DNA of 64,000 nucleotides from Candidatus Limnocylindria bacterium (lineage in GTDB: Bacteria > Chloroflexota > Limnocylindria > P2-11E). A model generated the notes under the pieces. It saw only the letters and a program-made list of their open reading frames with translations. It made no database searches and was not told the origin of the DNA. The stretch covers positions 21,325-85,324 of the forward strand of contig DASYUC010000081.1 of NCBI GenBank assembly GCA_036001645.1. The letters run 5' to 3'. Within the stretch, counting starts at the first letter, position 1. The number at the start of each line of letters is the position of its first letter. Shown here piece after piece: positions 1-9,575 of this stretch. Position numbers and translations under genes: made by a program.

Positions 1-2
1 TG

Positions 3-386
3 TTGTCGCTCACCGGGATCGCGAACTACTCGCGCATCCTGCGCACCGAGACACTTGACGTTCTCGGGCAGGACTTCGTGCGCACCGCGCACGCGAAGGG
101 CCTGCACGAGCGGACCGTCGTCTTCGTCCATGCCCTCCGGAACGCGCTCATCCCCGTGGTCACCGCGCTCGGCGGGATCCTCGCAGGCCTCGTCGGCGGG
201 GCGCTCGTCGTCGAGCAGGTCTTCTCGTGGCCCGGTGTCGGCCAGTTCACCTTCCAGGCCGCGATCGCGAAGGACTACCCGATCGTGCAGGCCGCGACGA
301 TGTTCGTGAGCGTGCTGCTGGTGATCAGCTACCTCCTGCGCGATATCGCTTACGCGCTCGTCGATCCGCGGATCAAGGCCGGATAG
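3..386 (+). CDS. Dpp/Opp-type peptide ABC transporter permease (DppB-like), C-terminal fragment; 5' end lies outside the window
   Basis: The frame is open to the window edge. It contains the permease EAA-loop region 'VRTAHAKGLHERTVVFVHALRNALIPV' and the family-typical C-terminus 'AYALVDPRIK'. Confidence 0.85.
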   Translation: MSLTGIANYSRILRTETLDVLGQDFVRTAHAKGLHERTVVFVHALRNALIPVVTALGGILAGLVGGALVVEQVFSWPGVGQFTFQAAIAKDYPIVQAATMFVSVLLVISYLLRDIAYALVDPRIKAG

Positions 387-1318
387 TGGCGACGAGCACC
401 GCGTCCATCCGCGCACCGTCTGCGGCAGAGGCCCTCCTGCTGCGGCCGCCACGAAGCCTCTGGTCGAACGCCTGGTACAAGCTCCGGCACGATCGTTTGA
501 CGATGATCGCGTTCGCCGTTCTGCTTGCGCTCGCGCTACTCTCCGCCGCCGCGGATCTCTTCGCGGGCAACCTGTTCCACTACACGTTCGAGAAACAGGA
601 TCTGCTCAACACGTATCAGAAGCCCACGCTCGATCCGCCGGCCTTCCTCCTCGGCTCCGACGAGATCGGGCGCAGCCAGGTGGTGCGGCTTCTCTACGGC
701 GGCCGCGTCTCGCTCGCCGTCGGTTTCGTCGCCGCGCTCGTGAACCTCACCGTCGGCGTGACGATCGGCCTCACCGCGGGATACCTGCGCGGCCGGGTGG
801 ATGACCTGTTCACCTGGTTCGTCACCACTTTGAACTCGATCCCGACCATCTTCCTGCTGCTGATCTTCGCCGCGATCTGGGAGCCGGGCCCGATAACGCT
901 GACGATCGTGATCGGACTGCTGTTCTGGACGGGCATCTCGCTGTTCGTCCGCGGCCAGACCTTCGCTCTGCGCGAGCGCGAGTTCGTCGTGGCCGCGAAG
1001 ACGATCGGGGCACGGGACGCGCGCATCATGTTCAAGCACATCCTTCCCAACATCCTGCCGCTCATCTTCGTGCTGGCCGCGATCGACATCGGCGCGATCA
1101 TCCTGACCGAGTCGGCGCTCTCGTATCTGGGCCTCGGCATCCTTCCCCCGACGCCTTCGTGGGGCAACCTGCTCACCAACGCGACGACGTACTTCGTCCG
1201 CGCGTGGTGGCTCGTCGTTTCGCCGGGCGCGATGATCTTCCTCACGGTGCTCTGCCTGTACCTGATCGGCGACGGGCTGCGCGACGCGCTCGACCCGCGC
1301 CTCAAGACGGAGAAGTGA
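386..1318 (+). CDS. Dpp/Opp-type peptide ABC transporter permease (DppC-like)
   Basis: GTG at 386 shares its G with the upstream TAG stop. The N-terminus 'PPAFLLGSDEIGRSQVVRLLYGGRVSL' and C-terminus 'IGDGLRDALDPRLK' are family signatures. The ORF-track start at 227 would overlap the upstream gene. Confidence 0.85.
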   Translation: MATSTASIRAPSAAEALLLRPPRSLWSNAWYKLRHDRLTMIAFAVLLALALLSAAADLFAGNLFHYTFEKQDLLNTYQKPTLDPPAFLLGSDEIGRSQVVRLLYGGRVSLAVGFVAALVNLTVGVTIGLTAGYLRGRVDDLFTWFVTTLNSIPTIFLLLIFAAIWEPGPITLTIVIGLLFWTGISLFVRGQTFALREREFVVAAKTIGARDARIMFKHILPNILPLIFVLAAIDIGAIILTESALSYLGLGILPPTPSWGNLLTNATTYFVRAWWLVVSPGAMIFLTVLCLYLIGDGLRDALDPRLKTEK

Positions 1319-1335
1319 TCAACTAGGAGGCGCAC

Positions 1336-2958
1336 ATGCTGATGCGCCTCGCGTTCGCCGCCGTCCTCGCCCTGTCCGCGTGTCAGGTCGCTCCGGTGCC
1401 CGGCGTCGCGACGCCGACGCCGACGCCGGTCGGCAGCGCGGACGTGGGTGGCAGCTTCCGCGTCGCGCTGACCGCCGACGCCGCGACGCTCGACCCGTGG
1501 AACGCGAATGACACGAACACGCTGCTGGTCACGCGGCAGATCTTCGAGACGCTCGTCGACTACGAGCCGGGCGGCTTCAAGATCGTGCCAAAGCTCGCGG
1601 AGGCCTGGTCGGTCTCCTCCGACGGCCGCTCGTGGACCTTCGCGCTGCGACGCGGCGTGAAATTCCACGATGGGACCGACCTCGACGCCGCCTCCGTCGT
1701 GCTGAACCTCGACCGGGCACGTCAGACCGCGCACCCGCTCCGCGGTGCGGCCGGTGCGGACCGTTATCGCGCGTACGCGGCATTGCTGGAAGGCTTCGAC
1801 GACACGTCGGTCATCGCACGCGTCGAGGCGAAGGACGGCGCGACGGTGGTGATCACGACGAAGATGCCGTTCGGCCCGCTTCTCGCCGACCTCGCGACGC
1901 CGAGCTTCGCGATCGTGAGCCCGAGATCGATGCGCGACGACCCCGCGGGCTGGTCCACGCCGGCGTCGTCGGGCGCGTCAGGCACCGGGCCGTTCGTGTT
2001 CCGGCCAGGCGCGTGGCAGTCGGGCCAGCAGATCGCGCTCGAGCGGAACGGCGCGTACTGGGCGAAGGATCGTGACGGGACCCTACTGCCGTACGTCGAT
2101 CGTGTCGTCTTTCGCGTGATCAAGGACGAGACGGCACGCATCGCCGAGCTTCGCTCCGGCGGCCTCGACGTGGTCCGCGATCTCACGGCGGCGTCCCTCC
2201 CGACCGTGAAGGCCGACCCGAACCTCCAGCTCCTCACGCGGCCCGCGTTCAACGCGACGTATCTGGGCATCACCGGTGCGGTCAAGCCGTTCGAGAAGGT
2301 CGAGGTCCGCCGCGCGATCGCGATGGCCGTCGACCGGTCGCTTCTCACGGCCGCGCTGTACGGCGGCGCGGGCCGGCCGGCGTCGCAGCTGCTCGCGCCG
2401 GGGATGCTCGGGTACGACGACAGTGTGGTCGACTTCTACCGCTACGACACCGCGGCTGCGAAGCGCCTGCTCGCGGATGCTGCCTATCCCAGCGGCTTCG
2501 CGACCGATCTCTGGTATCCAACCGCGTGGCGCGCCCAGTACCCCGATCCCCGGCGCGTCGCCGAAACGATCGCCGCGGACCTCGCGAAGATCGGCATCGT
2601 CGTGACGCTGCGCACCGAAGATGCGGCGGCGTACCGCGCGGACGCGCGTGCCGAGCGCCTACCGCTGTGGCTCGATGACGCCGGCGGCGACAGTGCGGAT
2701 CCGGACTCGTTCTTCTCCGACGGGGGCGTATGGGCGGGCGACGTCGTACGTGAGCTCCTGCGCCGCGCGCGGTACGAGGCGGATGCGAGCAAGCGGACCG
2801 AGCTCTACAAGCAGACCTCCAAGCTCATCCAGCAGGACGCCGCGCGGATCCCGCTGGTGCATACCGACGTGCTCGTCGCGGCGACCAAGAAGGTGCGCGG
2901 CCTCGTGCCGCACCCCATCGGCGTCGAGTCGTACGGCCAGGTCTGGCTCGGGAGGTGA
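1336..2958 (+). CDS. ABC transporter substrate-binding lipoprotein, family 5 (peptide/nickel type)
   Basis: GGAGG lies 6 nt upstream of the ATG. The signal peptide has a lipobox ('AVLALSAC'). Length and the motifs 'FKIVPKLAESW' and 'GVKFHDGT' are typical of DppA/OppA-family binding proteins. Confidence 0.85.
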   Translation: MLMRLAFAAVLALSACQVAPVPGVATPTPTPVGSADVGGSFRVALTADAATLDPWNANDTNTLLVTRQIFETLVDYEPGGFKIVPKLAEAWSVSSDGRSWTFALRRGVKFHDGTDLDAASVVLNLDRARQTAHPLRGAAGADRYRAYAALLEGFDDTSVIARVEAKDGATVVITTKMPFGPLLADLATPSFAIVSPRSMRDDPAGWSTPASSGASGTGPFVFRPGAWQSGQQIALERNGAYWAKDRDGTLLPYVDRVVFRVIKDETARIAELRSGGLDVVRDLTAASLPTVKADPNLQLLTRPAFNATYLGITGAVKPFEKVEVRRAIAMAVDRSLLTAALYGGAGRPASQLLAPGMLGYDDSVVDFYRYDTAAAKRLLADAAYPSGFATDLWYPTAWRAQYPDPRRVAETIAADLAKIGIVVTLRTEDAAAYRADARAERLPLWLDDAGGDSADPDSFFSDGGVWAGDVVRELLRRARYEADASKRTELYKQTSKLIQQDAARIPLVHTDVLVAATKKVRGLVPHPIGVESYGQVWLGR

Positions 2959-3004
2959 CGAACGCGACAGTTCGCACGGGCGTCGCTCGTCTACGCTGGA
3001 CCAG

Positions 3005-4903
3005 ATGATGGGAATGGGCGGCCCCGGCGGGATGCACGTCTTCATGTGGGGTCCCGGCGGGCGCGGAGAGGGCAGACGACCCTCGCTCTCCATGTATCGC
3101 CGCCTCCTGCAATACGTCGGACCCTACAAATGGAACCTCGTCTTCGCGGCCCTGCTGCTCGTCGTCTCCACCGCGCTCGGTCTGATCTGGCCGCAGGTCG
3201 TGCAGCGCGTCATCGATCTTGGTCTCCGCGACGAGGGATTCCTCGACCTTCTGATCGTCGGCCTCATCGTCGTGCTTCTGGTGCGCGCCGTGATCGATGG
3301 CATACGCCAGTTCGTGATGGCCTTCACCGGCGAGAGAGTGATCTTCGACCTTCGGATGGCCATCGTCCGTCATCTGCAGTCCCTTTCGCTGTCGTTCTTC
3401 AATCACCGCAAGACCGGCGAGCTGATGTCTCATGTGACGAGCGACGCGACGCTCGTCCACGGCGTCATCACGCAGACGATCATCCAGGTGCTGGGGCAGG
3501 TCCTCACACTGGCCGGCGGTGTGGCGGTGATCTTCCTGATGAACTGGCGGCTGGCCCTTCTCACGCTCGTCGTCGCGCCGCCGATCGCGGTGCTTGGCCA
3601 GCGCATGGGTCGGCGGATCCGCGACATCTCGCGGGAAGCGCAGGACGCGCAGGGCGAGGCGGTGGGCGTGCTCCAGGAGGCGATCGCGGAAGTGCGTGTG
3701 GTGCAAGCGTTCACGCGTGAGGAGTACGAGGCCGCGCGCTTCCACGAGAAGCTGTTGTTCACGTTCACCAAGACGATCGAGCGGGCGCGCATCGCCGCGA
3801 CGATGTTCCCGATCATCGGCTTCCTCGGTTTCTTCTCATCGATCGTCGTGCTCTGGTATGGCGGCCACGAGGTCGCGCGCGGCGAGATGACCGCGGGAAT
3901 GCTCGTCGCATTCCTCCTCTACATGAACATGGTCGCGGGCCCGGTCGGCATGCTCGCCAGCCAGTGGACGCAGGTGCAGCAGGCCTTCGGCGCGGCGGAC
4001 CGGATCTTCGCGCTGCTCGACACGGCGCCCGAGATCCAGGACCGGCCCGGCGCCGCGCCCCTGCCCTCGGTGCGCGGCGAGATCCGGTTCGAAGAGGTCG
4101 GCTTCCGGTACGGGAATGCCGGCGCCGAGCCAATGGTGCTCGACGGTGTCACGACGACGTTCCAGCCCGGCGAGACGACCGCGCTTGTCGGTCCTTCGGG
4201 GGCGGGAAAGACGACGCTGGTGAACCTCGTCGGCCGCTTCTACGACCCCGTGAGCGGTCGCATCGTCGTCGACGACCACGACCTGCGCAGTGTCACGATC
4301 CGCTCCCTGCGCGAGCAGATCGCGGTCGTCCCGCAGGAACCGATCCTCTTCGCGGACACGATCCGCGAGAACATCCGCTACGGCCGTCTTGACGCGACTG
4401 ACGCGGAGATCGACGAGGCGGCGCGCTCTGCGAACGCGACCGAGTTCATCGCGCGCCTTCCGAACGGTCTCGCGACGATCGTCGGCGAGCGCGGCGTGCG
4501 CCTCTCCGTCGGTCAGCGGCAGCGCGTCGCGATCGCGCGTGCGCTGCTGCGCGACGCGCCGATCCTCCTCCTCGACGAGGCGACGTCGTCGCTGGACAAC
4601 GAGAGCGAGTACCTCGTGCAGCAGGCGCTCGACCGGCTCATGCGCGGCCGGACCACGATCGTGATCGCGCACCGGCTGTCCACCGTCGAGCGCGCCGACC
4701 GCATCCTCGTGCTGGACCATGGACGCATCGTCGAGGAGGGCACGCACGGCGAGCTGCTCACTCTTGGTGGTCTCTACCACCGCCTCTACACGCGCCGCTT
4801 CGTCGACGTCGACACGGTCCGCACTGCCGAGGAGGGTGAGCCAGCTCCGATCATCGCTGAACTGCCGGCGGGAGAGCCGCGTCGCTTACGGGTGGTGCGC
4901 TAG
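3005..4903 (+). CDS. ABC transporter ATP-binding/permease fusion protein (ABCB/MsbA-like exporter half-transporter)
   Basis: A six-helix TMD is followed by an NBD with Walker A 'GPSGAGKTT', signature 'LSVGQRQR' and Walker B 'ILLLDEATS'. The start is taken at ATGATG 3005 (Gly/Met-rich N-terminus) because the ORF-track start 2621 overlaps the binding-protein gene. Confidence 0.85.
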   Translation: MMGMGGPGGMHVFMWGPGGRGEGRRPSLSMYRRLLQYVGPYKWNLVFAALLLVVSTALGLIWPQVVQRVIDLGLRDEGFLDLLIVGLIVVLLVRAVIDGIRQFVMAFTGERVIFDLRMAIVRHLQSLSLSFFNHRKTGELMSHVTSDATLVHGVITQTIIQVLGQVLTLAGGVAVIFLMNWRLALLTLVVAPPIAVLGQRMGRRIRDISREAQDAQGEAVGVLQEAIAEVRVVQAFTREEYEAARFHEKLLFTFTKTIERARIAATMFPIIGFLGFFSSIVVLWYGGHEVARGEMTAGMLVAFLLYMNMVAGPVGMLASQWTQVQQAFGAADRIFALLDTAPEIQDRPGAAPLPSVRGEIRFEEVGFRYGNAGAEPMVLDGVTTTFQPGETTALVGPSGAGKTTLVNLVGRFYDPVSGRIVVDDHDLRSVTIRSLREQIAVVPQEPILFADTIRENIRYGRLDATDAEIDEAARSANATEFIARLPNGLATIVGERGVRLSVGQRQRVAIARALLRDAPILLLDEATSSLDNESEYLVQQALDRLMRGRTTIVIAHRLSTVERADRILVLDHGRIVEEGTHGELLTLGGLYHRLYTRRFVDVDTVRTAEEGEPAPIIAELPAGEPRRLRVVR

Positions 4904-4927
4904 TTACGGGTCCGGGCCTCGGTCGGC

Positions 4928-6223
4928 TCACCGCGAGATCGTGAGTTCGTAGCGCCACACAGCCCCAGCGTCGGAGCGAGCGACGAACCACATCTCGTCG
5001 CCGATGCGCTCGCCCACGACCCACGCGAACTGTCCCGAGACTGCAAGGTCGTGGATATCCCACACGTCGTTGGAACTCGCCGGGCCGCCGCGAGACCAGG
5101 TCCGCCCGCCGTCAGTGGTCAGTAGGACGGCGTCGGTGCTGCTGCCGTCGTAGAGGACTGGGATCCAGCCGATCGACGCAGAGGCAAAGTGCGGACCACC
5201 GAGAAGATGCACGTTGTTGCTCGGTGACCACCAAGAAGTTGGCGGGATGGCGTCCTGGAGCTTCATCCAGCTGCCACCACCGTCGGTCGTTCGATACAGC
5301 GAATGACTCGTGCACGGCATACCGACGCAATCGTTCGTCGCGACAAGGGCCCACCCGCTGTGCTGATCAGTGAAGTCGATCTGAAATTGGCCCTGTCCAG
5401 CGATGCTCAGCTGCGGTGTCCACGTGCGACCGCCGTCGTGCGTCGCGATGACCGTCGCGGTGTTAAGGGGCTGACCCGGCTCGTTCCTCGCCGTATAGGT
5501 GGCCGCCCAGCCCCTGCGCTGGTCGATGAAGTCGAGCTGGTCGCTGAATGCCGGAAGCAAAGCCACCGACTCCCAGCGCTCACCATCGCTCGTGGCCACG
5601 ACCTCTAGGTTGCAGTTGAACGGAGAGCACGCGACGCCAGATGCGGCCAGACGGATCGCCCAGGCGTGACGGTCGTCGACGGCGCTCAGTCCGCGGAGTC
5701 CCGGCCCGAGCTTCGAAGGCTGTTCCACGGACAGCTGTTCGCGCCAAGATCGCCCGCCGTCGCTCGTCCGAAAGATGACCGTCCGACACTGCGGCGGGGC
5801 GGTGGACGGTGGCGCGCAACCTCCGACGGTGCCGGGCAACAGGACGCTCGTCAGCAGCCAACCGCTGCGGGCATCGACAAAACGCAGTTGCGTGAGACCG
5901 CCAGCCGGCAAGATCTCGAGCGATGCGAGCGTGACCCAGGTCTTTCCTCCATCACTGGTCCCGAGCACCAGACCGTGCCCGTCGTAGCTCGCTGCGATCA
6001 CCCACCCGGTCTGCTCATCGATGAACCACGCCGCCCACAGCGCGGTACCGGCCGGAACATGCGCGACCGCTGATGTCGCCGATGCCGGCACGGCACGGCT
6101 CGGCGTGGCGTTTGTCGGCACGCTCAGCGCCGTGCTCTCCGCACTTGTCAATCGCGGTGACGACGCCACTGGTGCCGAACACGCCAAGATCAGCGCGGCG
6201 AGCAACGCATTCAATATCCGCAT
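4928..6223 (-). CDS. Secreted BNR/Asp-box repeat beta-propeller lipoprotein (Ycf48/sialidase-like fold)
   Basis: The protein has a lipobox 'LILACS'. Five Asp-box repeats are present: 'TSDGGKTW', 'TSDGGRSW', 'THDGGRTW', 'TTDGGGSW' and 'TTDGGRTW'. Confidence 0.7.
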   Translation of the reverse strand: MRILNALLAALILACSAPVASSPRLTSAESTALSVPTNATPSRAVPASATSAVAHVPAGTALWAAWFIDEQTGWVIAASYDGHGLVLGTSDGGKTWVTLASLEILPAGGLTQLRFVDARSGWLLTSVLLPGTVGGCAPPSTAPPQCRTVIFRTSDGGRSWREQLSVEQPSKLGPGLRGLSAVDDRHAWAIRLAASGVACSPFNCNLEVVATSDGERWESVALLPAFSDQLDFIDQRRGWAATYTARNEPGQPLNTATVIATHDGGRTWTPQLSIAGQGQFQIDFTDQHSGWALVATNDCVGMPCTSHSLYRTTDGGGSWMKLQDAIPPTSWWSPSNNVHLLGGPHFASASIGWIPVLYDGSSTDAVLLTTDGGRTWSRGGPASSNDVWDIHDLAVSGQFAWVVGERIGDEMWFVARSDAGAVWRYELTISR

Positions 6224-6397
6224 GACTCGGAGAATGCCGGACCCGTGCGAGCGTGGCGTCAGTGCTCCATGCCCGAACGCTTACAGTCGGGCTATGAGGT
6301 GGGGCCTGACCCGCCTCGGAATCTCAGACGCGCGTCCAAGGAGATGGTGAAGTCTTGCCGGCGTCGACCTGCTGATCGGACGGCGACCACGTCCTCC

Positions 6398-6934
6398 CTA
6401 TGAGTAGAGACCTGGCCAGAGAAGTGGCGCGCACGCCATGGCAACCAGGTCCGCGAAGGCATCGGTGCGCGAGACGAAGCCCTCCGTCAACAGTCCTACG
6501 GCTCCGCTGTGCCGTTTGGACGCGGTCACGCCGAAGAGATCGTCGATGATCGTGCCGAGCTCATCACCTGCGGCGAGCCGGTTCGCGACGGCGGACGGCA
6601 GCGGCATCCGTAGGCCGCTCGCGTCGCCCGAGCGTCCGTCCCGCGTCACCGCCGCGACCCAGGAGACCAGCCAAACGACCGGCGGCTCGTGCTCCACGCC
6701 GCCCTCGAGACCGAACGCGATATCGGCGCCGGTCGACGAGAGCGCCGCCCGGGCACGGTTCCGCGCCCCCTCGCGCGTCGCGTGGTCGCCTACGGGCTGA
6801 TCTGGGACGCCGCTGGCCACATCCACCGCTTGGAGGACACAGTCAGGCGCCAGACGCGCCAGGGCCCGCCTGACGGCCTCGATCTTGGCCGGGTTGCGGG
6901 AGCCGACGGCGGCGCGGGCGTACGGAAGAGGCAT
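6398..6934 (-). CDS. Inosine/xanthosine triphosphatase-like non-canonical NTPase (YjjX/DUF84 family)
   Basis: The 178-aa C-terminal part of the 6398..7594 ORF starts at ATG 6934 ('MPLPYARAAVGSRNPAKIEAV...GVPDQP...') and resembles YjjX. The upstream extension is antisense to the Rrf2 gene and was discarded. Confidence 0.65.
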   Translation of the reverse strand: MPLPYARAAVGSRNPAKIEAVRRALARLAPDCVLQAVDVASGVPDQPVGDHATREGARNRARAALSSTGADIAFGLEGGVEHEPPVVWLVSWVAAVTRDGRSGDASGLRMPLPSAVANRLAAGDELGTIIDDLFGVTASKRHSGAVGLLTEGFVSRTDAFADLVAMACAPLLWPGLYS

Positions 6935-6987
6935 CTGGGGCGGCGATGCTAGGGCCGAAAAGGCTGGCGGTGCCCAAGCCAAAGGCC

Positions 6988-7013
6988 TAGAATTCCGAGT
7001 GCAATGCTCGGAA
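6988..7013 (+). promoter_or_regulatory. Putative promoter -10 (TAGAAT 6988-6993) and 7-bp inverted repeat TTCCGAG-N7-CTCGGAA (6993-7013) spanning the Rrf2 start codon
   Basis: Read directly from the sequence. The repeat arms are perfect reverse complements and the ATG at 7004 sits in the spacer. This position fits an autoregulatory operator. Confidence 0.35.
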
Positions 7014-7453
7014 ATCCACAGACCGCCTTCCATGTCTCCACGCGGGGTGAATACGGCATGCGCCTGATGGTCGACCTCGCGCGGCACTGGCAGCAGGGCA
7101 CCGTTTCGCTGCACGCGGTCGCGACCCGCGAGGACCTGCCCGAGGCATATCTCGAGCAGCTCGTCGCGGTGCTGCGTAAGGCGGGCCTGGTGAACGGCAA
7201 GCGCGGCGCGGGCGGCGGCTACATGCTGGCCCGCGATCCCTCCGCGATCACCGCCGGAGACATCGTCCGCGCGCTCGAGGGGCCGATCGAGCCGCAGATC
7301 TGCACCGCCGAGGGCGATCCCGTACTCAACTGCATCCGCGAACAGGACTGCGGCACCCGAGCGGTCTGGGTCAAGCTGCAGTCGACCATCGCGCACGCGC
7401 TCGACGGCATGACACTCGCCGATCTCGCGAAGGAGAAAGTGACCGTTGCCTGA
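7004..7453 (+). CDS. Rrf2 family transcriptional regulator (IscR/SufR-like role inferred from its position upstream of suf)
   Basis: 'VSTRGEYGMRLMVDLA', 'LPEAYLEQLVAVLRKAGLVNGKRGAGGGYMLAR' and a three-Cys cluster 'CTAEGDPVLNCIREQDC' match the Rrf2 wHTH fold and Fe-S ligand region. Confidence 0.8.
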   Translation: MLGNPQTAFHVSTRGEYGMRLMVDLARHWQQGTVSLHAVATREDLPEAYLEQLVAVLRKAGLVNGKRGAGGGYMLARDPSAITAGDIVRALEGPIEPQICTAEGDPVLNCIREQDCGTRAVWVKLQSTIAHALDGMTLADLAKEKVTVA

Positions 7454-8243
7454 TCTCGTCGTCAAAGACCTCCACGTGAACGTGGAAGGAAAAGAGATCC
7501 TGAAGGGGATCGACCTCGTCGTCCGGAGCGGGGAGGTGCACGCGATCATGGGTCCGAACGGCTCGGGTAAGAGCACGCTCGCGCTCACGGTCATGGGCCA
7601 CCCTCGCTACAAGGTCACGCGCGGCGAGGTGACATACGGGGGTCGCGACGTCCTCAAGATGGCCGTTGATGAGCGCGCACGCGCCGGCCTCTTCCTCGCG
7701 TTCCAGTATCCGGCCGCGATCCCCGGTGTCTCGGTGGCGAACTTCCTGCGCACCGCGATCAACGCGCGTCGCGCGGAACCGGGTGCGACCGCGGGGACGG
7801 CGGCGGAGGCGCGCAAGAACGACATGCCGATCCCGCAGTTCCGCAGGCTTCTCGCGGAGAAGATGAAGCTCCTCGAGATCGACGACTCGTTCATCACGCG
7901 TTCGGTGAACGACGGCTTCTCGGGCGGCGAGAAGAAGCGCCTCGAGACCCTGCAGATGCACATGTTCGCGCCGACGCTCGCCCTGATGGACGAGACCGAC
8001 TCCGGCCTGGACATCGATGCGCTCCAGGTCGTCGCGCGCGCGATCGAGGCGCTGCGCGGACCCGAGGTCGGCATCCTCCTCATCACGCACTACGAGCGCA
8101 TCCTTCGGTTCGTGCAGCCAGACTTCGTCCACGTCCTCATCGACGGACGCGTCGTGCGCACTGGCGGGCGCGAGCTCGCCGCGGAGCTCGAGGCGAAGGG
8201 CTACGACTTCGTGCGCGAAGAGCTATACGCGGGGAGGGCCTGA
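7446..8243 (+). CDS. sufC: Fe-S cluster assembly ATPase SufC
   Basis: TTG start overlaps the Rrf2 stop by 8 nt. Walker A 'GPNGSGKST', 'FSGGEKKR' and 'LMDETDSGLD' are present. The gene is followed by sufS/U/B/D. Confidence 0.95.
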   Translation: MPDLVVKDLHVNVEGKEILKGIDLVVRSGEVHAIMGPNGSGKSTLALTVMGHPRYKVTRGEVTYGGRDVLKMAVDERARAGLFLAFQYPAAIPGVSVANFLRTAINARRAEPGATAGTAAEARKNDMPIPQFRRLLAEKMKLLEIDDSFITRSVNDGFSGGEKKRLETLQMHMFAPTLALMDETDSGLDIDALQVVARAIEALRGPEVGILLITHYERILRFVQPDFVHVLIDGRVVRTGGRELAAELEAKGYDFVREELYAGRA

Positions 8244-8245
8244 AC

Positions 8246-9511
8246 GTGGCAGTCACGGTAAAGACAGGCACCGAGGTGCGCTCGCCGCTCGACGTCACGA
8301 AGATCCGGGCGGACTTCCCGATCCTCTCGCGTACCGTGAACGGCAAGCCGGTCGTGTATTTGGACAACGCCGCGACGAGCCAGAAGCCGCGCCAGGTCAT
8401 CGATGCGATGAGCGCGGTGTTCGAGGAGCACAACGCGAACATCCACCGCGGCGTGTACGAGTTCAGCGAGACGACCACCGCCGCCTTCGAGGGCGCGCGG
8501 GCGAAGGTCGCACGCTTCATCGGCGCGCGCGACGAGCGCGAGGTGATCTTCGTGCGCAACGCGACCGAGGGTGTGAACCTCGTCGCGTACACCTGGGGCC
8601 GCGAGAACATCACGTCGGGGGACCGGATCATCTCCACCGTCCTCGAGCACCACTCTGACTTCGTGCCGTGGCAGCAGCTCGCGAAGGACGTCGGCGCGCA
8701 GATCGTCATGATCGACGTCGACGACGACGGCCGGCTGCGGCGCGACCAGCTGTCGGCCGAGCTGAAGCGTGGCGCGAAGCTGCTGGCGATCACGCACACG
8801 TCGAACGGCCTTGGGACGGTGAACCCGGTGAAGGAGATCGTCGCCGAGGCGCACGCCGCGGGCGCGACCGTCCTCGTCGACGCCGCGCAGGCCGTGCCGC
8901 ACACGCCGGTGGACGTGACTGACCTGGACTGCGACTTCCTCGTGTTCAGCGGCCACAAGATGCTGGCGCCGCCCGGCTCGGGCGGTGTCTGGGGCCGCAT
9001 CGGGCTTTTGGAGCGCATGCGGCCGTTCCTGTTCGGCGGCGACATGATCAGTCGCGTCACCGTCGAAAAGACCGAGTGGAACGAGCTGCCGTGGAAGTTC
9101 GAGGCGGGCACGTCCTCGTACGTGGACGCCATCGGGCTCGGCGCGGCCGTCGACTACCTGGGGGCGGTCGGCGTCGCGAAGATCCACGACCACGAGGTCT
9201 CGCTCGTGGGGTACCTGCTGCCGCGCCTCGCGGACATGCCGGGCATCACCGTGTACGGCCCGAAGACCCTGGACGACCGCGTCGGGGTCGTGTCCTTCAA
9301 CATCGAAGGCATCCACCCGCACGACGTCGCGACGATCTTCGACCGCGAGGGCGTGTGCGTGCGCGCGGGCCATCACTGCAACCAGCTGCTCATGACACGC
9401 CTCGGCGTCGCGGCGACGACGCGCGCCTCGTTCTACCTCTACAACACGACGGGCGAGTGCGATGCGCTGCTGGGCGCAATGGAGAAGGCCAAGAAAGTGT
9501 TCAAGGTGTGA
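8246..9511 (+). CDS. sufS: Cysteine desulfurase SufS (class II aminotransferase V)
   Basis: Start is GTG. 'YLDNAATSQKP', the PLP-lysine region 'FSGHKMLAPPGSG' and the catalytic Cys region 'VRAGHHCNQ' are present. Confidence 0.9.
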   Translation: MAVTVKTGTEVRSPLDVTKIRADFPILSRTVNGKPVVYLDNAATSQKPRQVIDAMSAVFEEHNANIHRGVYEFSETTTAAFEGARAKVARFIGARDEREVIFVRNATEGVNLVAYTWGRENITSGDRIISTVLEHHSDFVPWQQLAKDVGAQIVMIDVDDDGRLRRDQLSAELKRGAKLLAITHTSNGLGTVNPVKEIVAEAHAAGATVLVDAAQAVPHTPVDVTDLDCDFLVFSGHKMLAPPGSGGVWGRIGLLERMRPFLFGGDMISRVTVEKTEWNELPWKFEAGTSSYVDAIGLGAAVDYLGAVGVAKIHDHEVSLVGYLLPRLADMPGITVYGPKTLDDRVGVVSFNIEGIHPHDVATIFDREGVCVRAGHHCNQLLMTRLGVAATTRASFYLYNTTGECDALLGAMEKAKKVFKV

Positions 9512-9575
9512 TGGTCATGACTCGTTTCACTCGTCAAGACCAGTACGTGCACCTCCTGGCGGAGGTGCTGTAGCC

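Noticed and set aside
694-1734. 346-aa minus-strand ORF and similar shadow ORFs (e.g. 8137-9376, 9842-11008, 11431-12477, 21908-23434, 27960-29315, 40875-42044, 43117-44502, 47439-48740 on the plus strand, 57671-58870 on the plus strand)
   Set aside because: Each overlaps a gene with strong homology-type evidence on the opposite strand and shows low-complexity Arg/Pro/Gly/Asp-rich translations.
2621-3004. N-terminal extension of the ABC exporter ORF
   Set aside because: It would overlap the last 340 nt of the binding-protein gene in another frame, and its translation is Arg/Ser/Thr low-complexity. The ATG pair at 3005 gives a normal exporter N-terminus.
2959-3004. Short inverted repeat CGAAC-N6-GTTCG between the binding-protein and exporter genes as a terminator
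   Set aside because: The stem is only 5 bp with no U-tract. This is too weak to call.
6935-7594. Upstream two-thirds of the 398-aa minus-strand ORF containing the YjjX-like domain
   Set aside because: It is antisense to the Rrf2 and sufC genes. Only the last 178 codons resemble the YjjX family, and they begin at an ATG.
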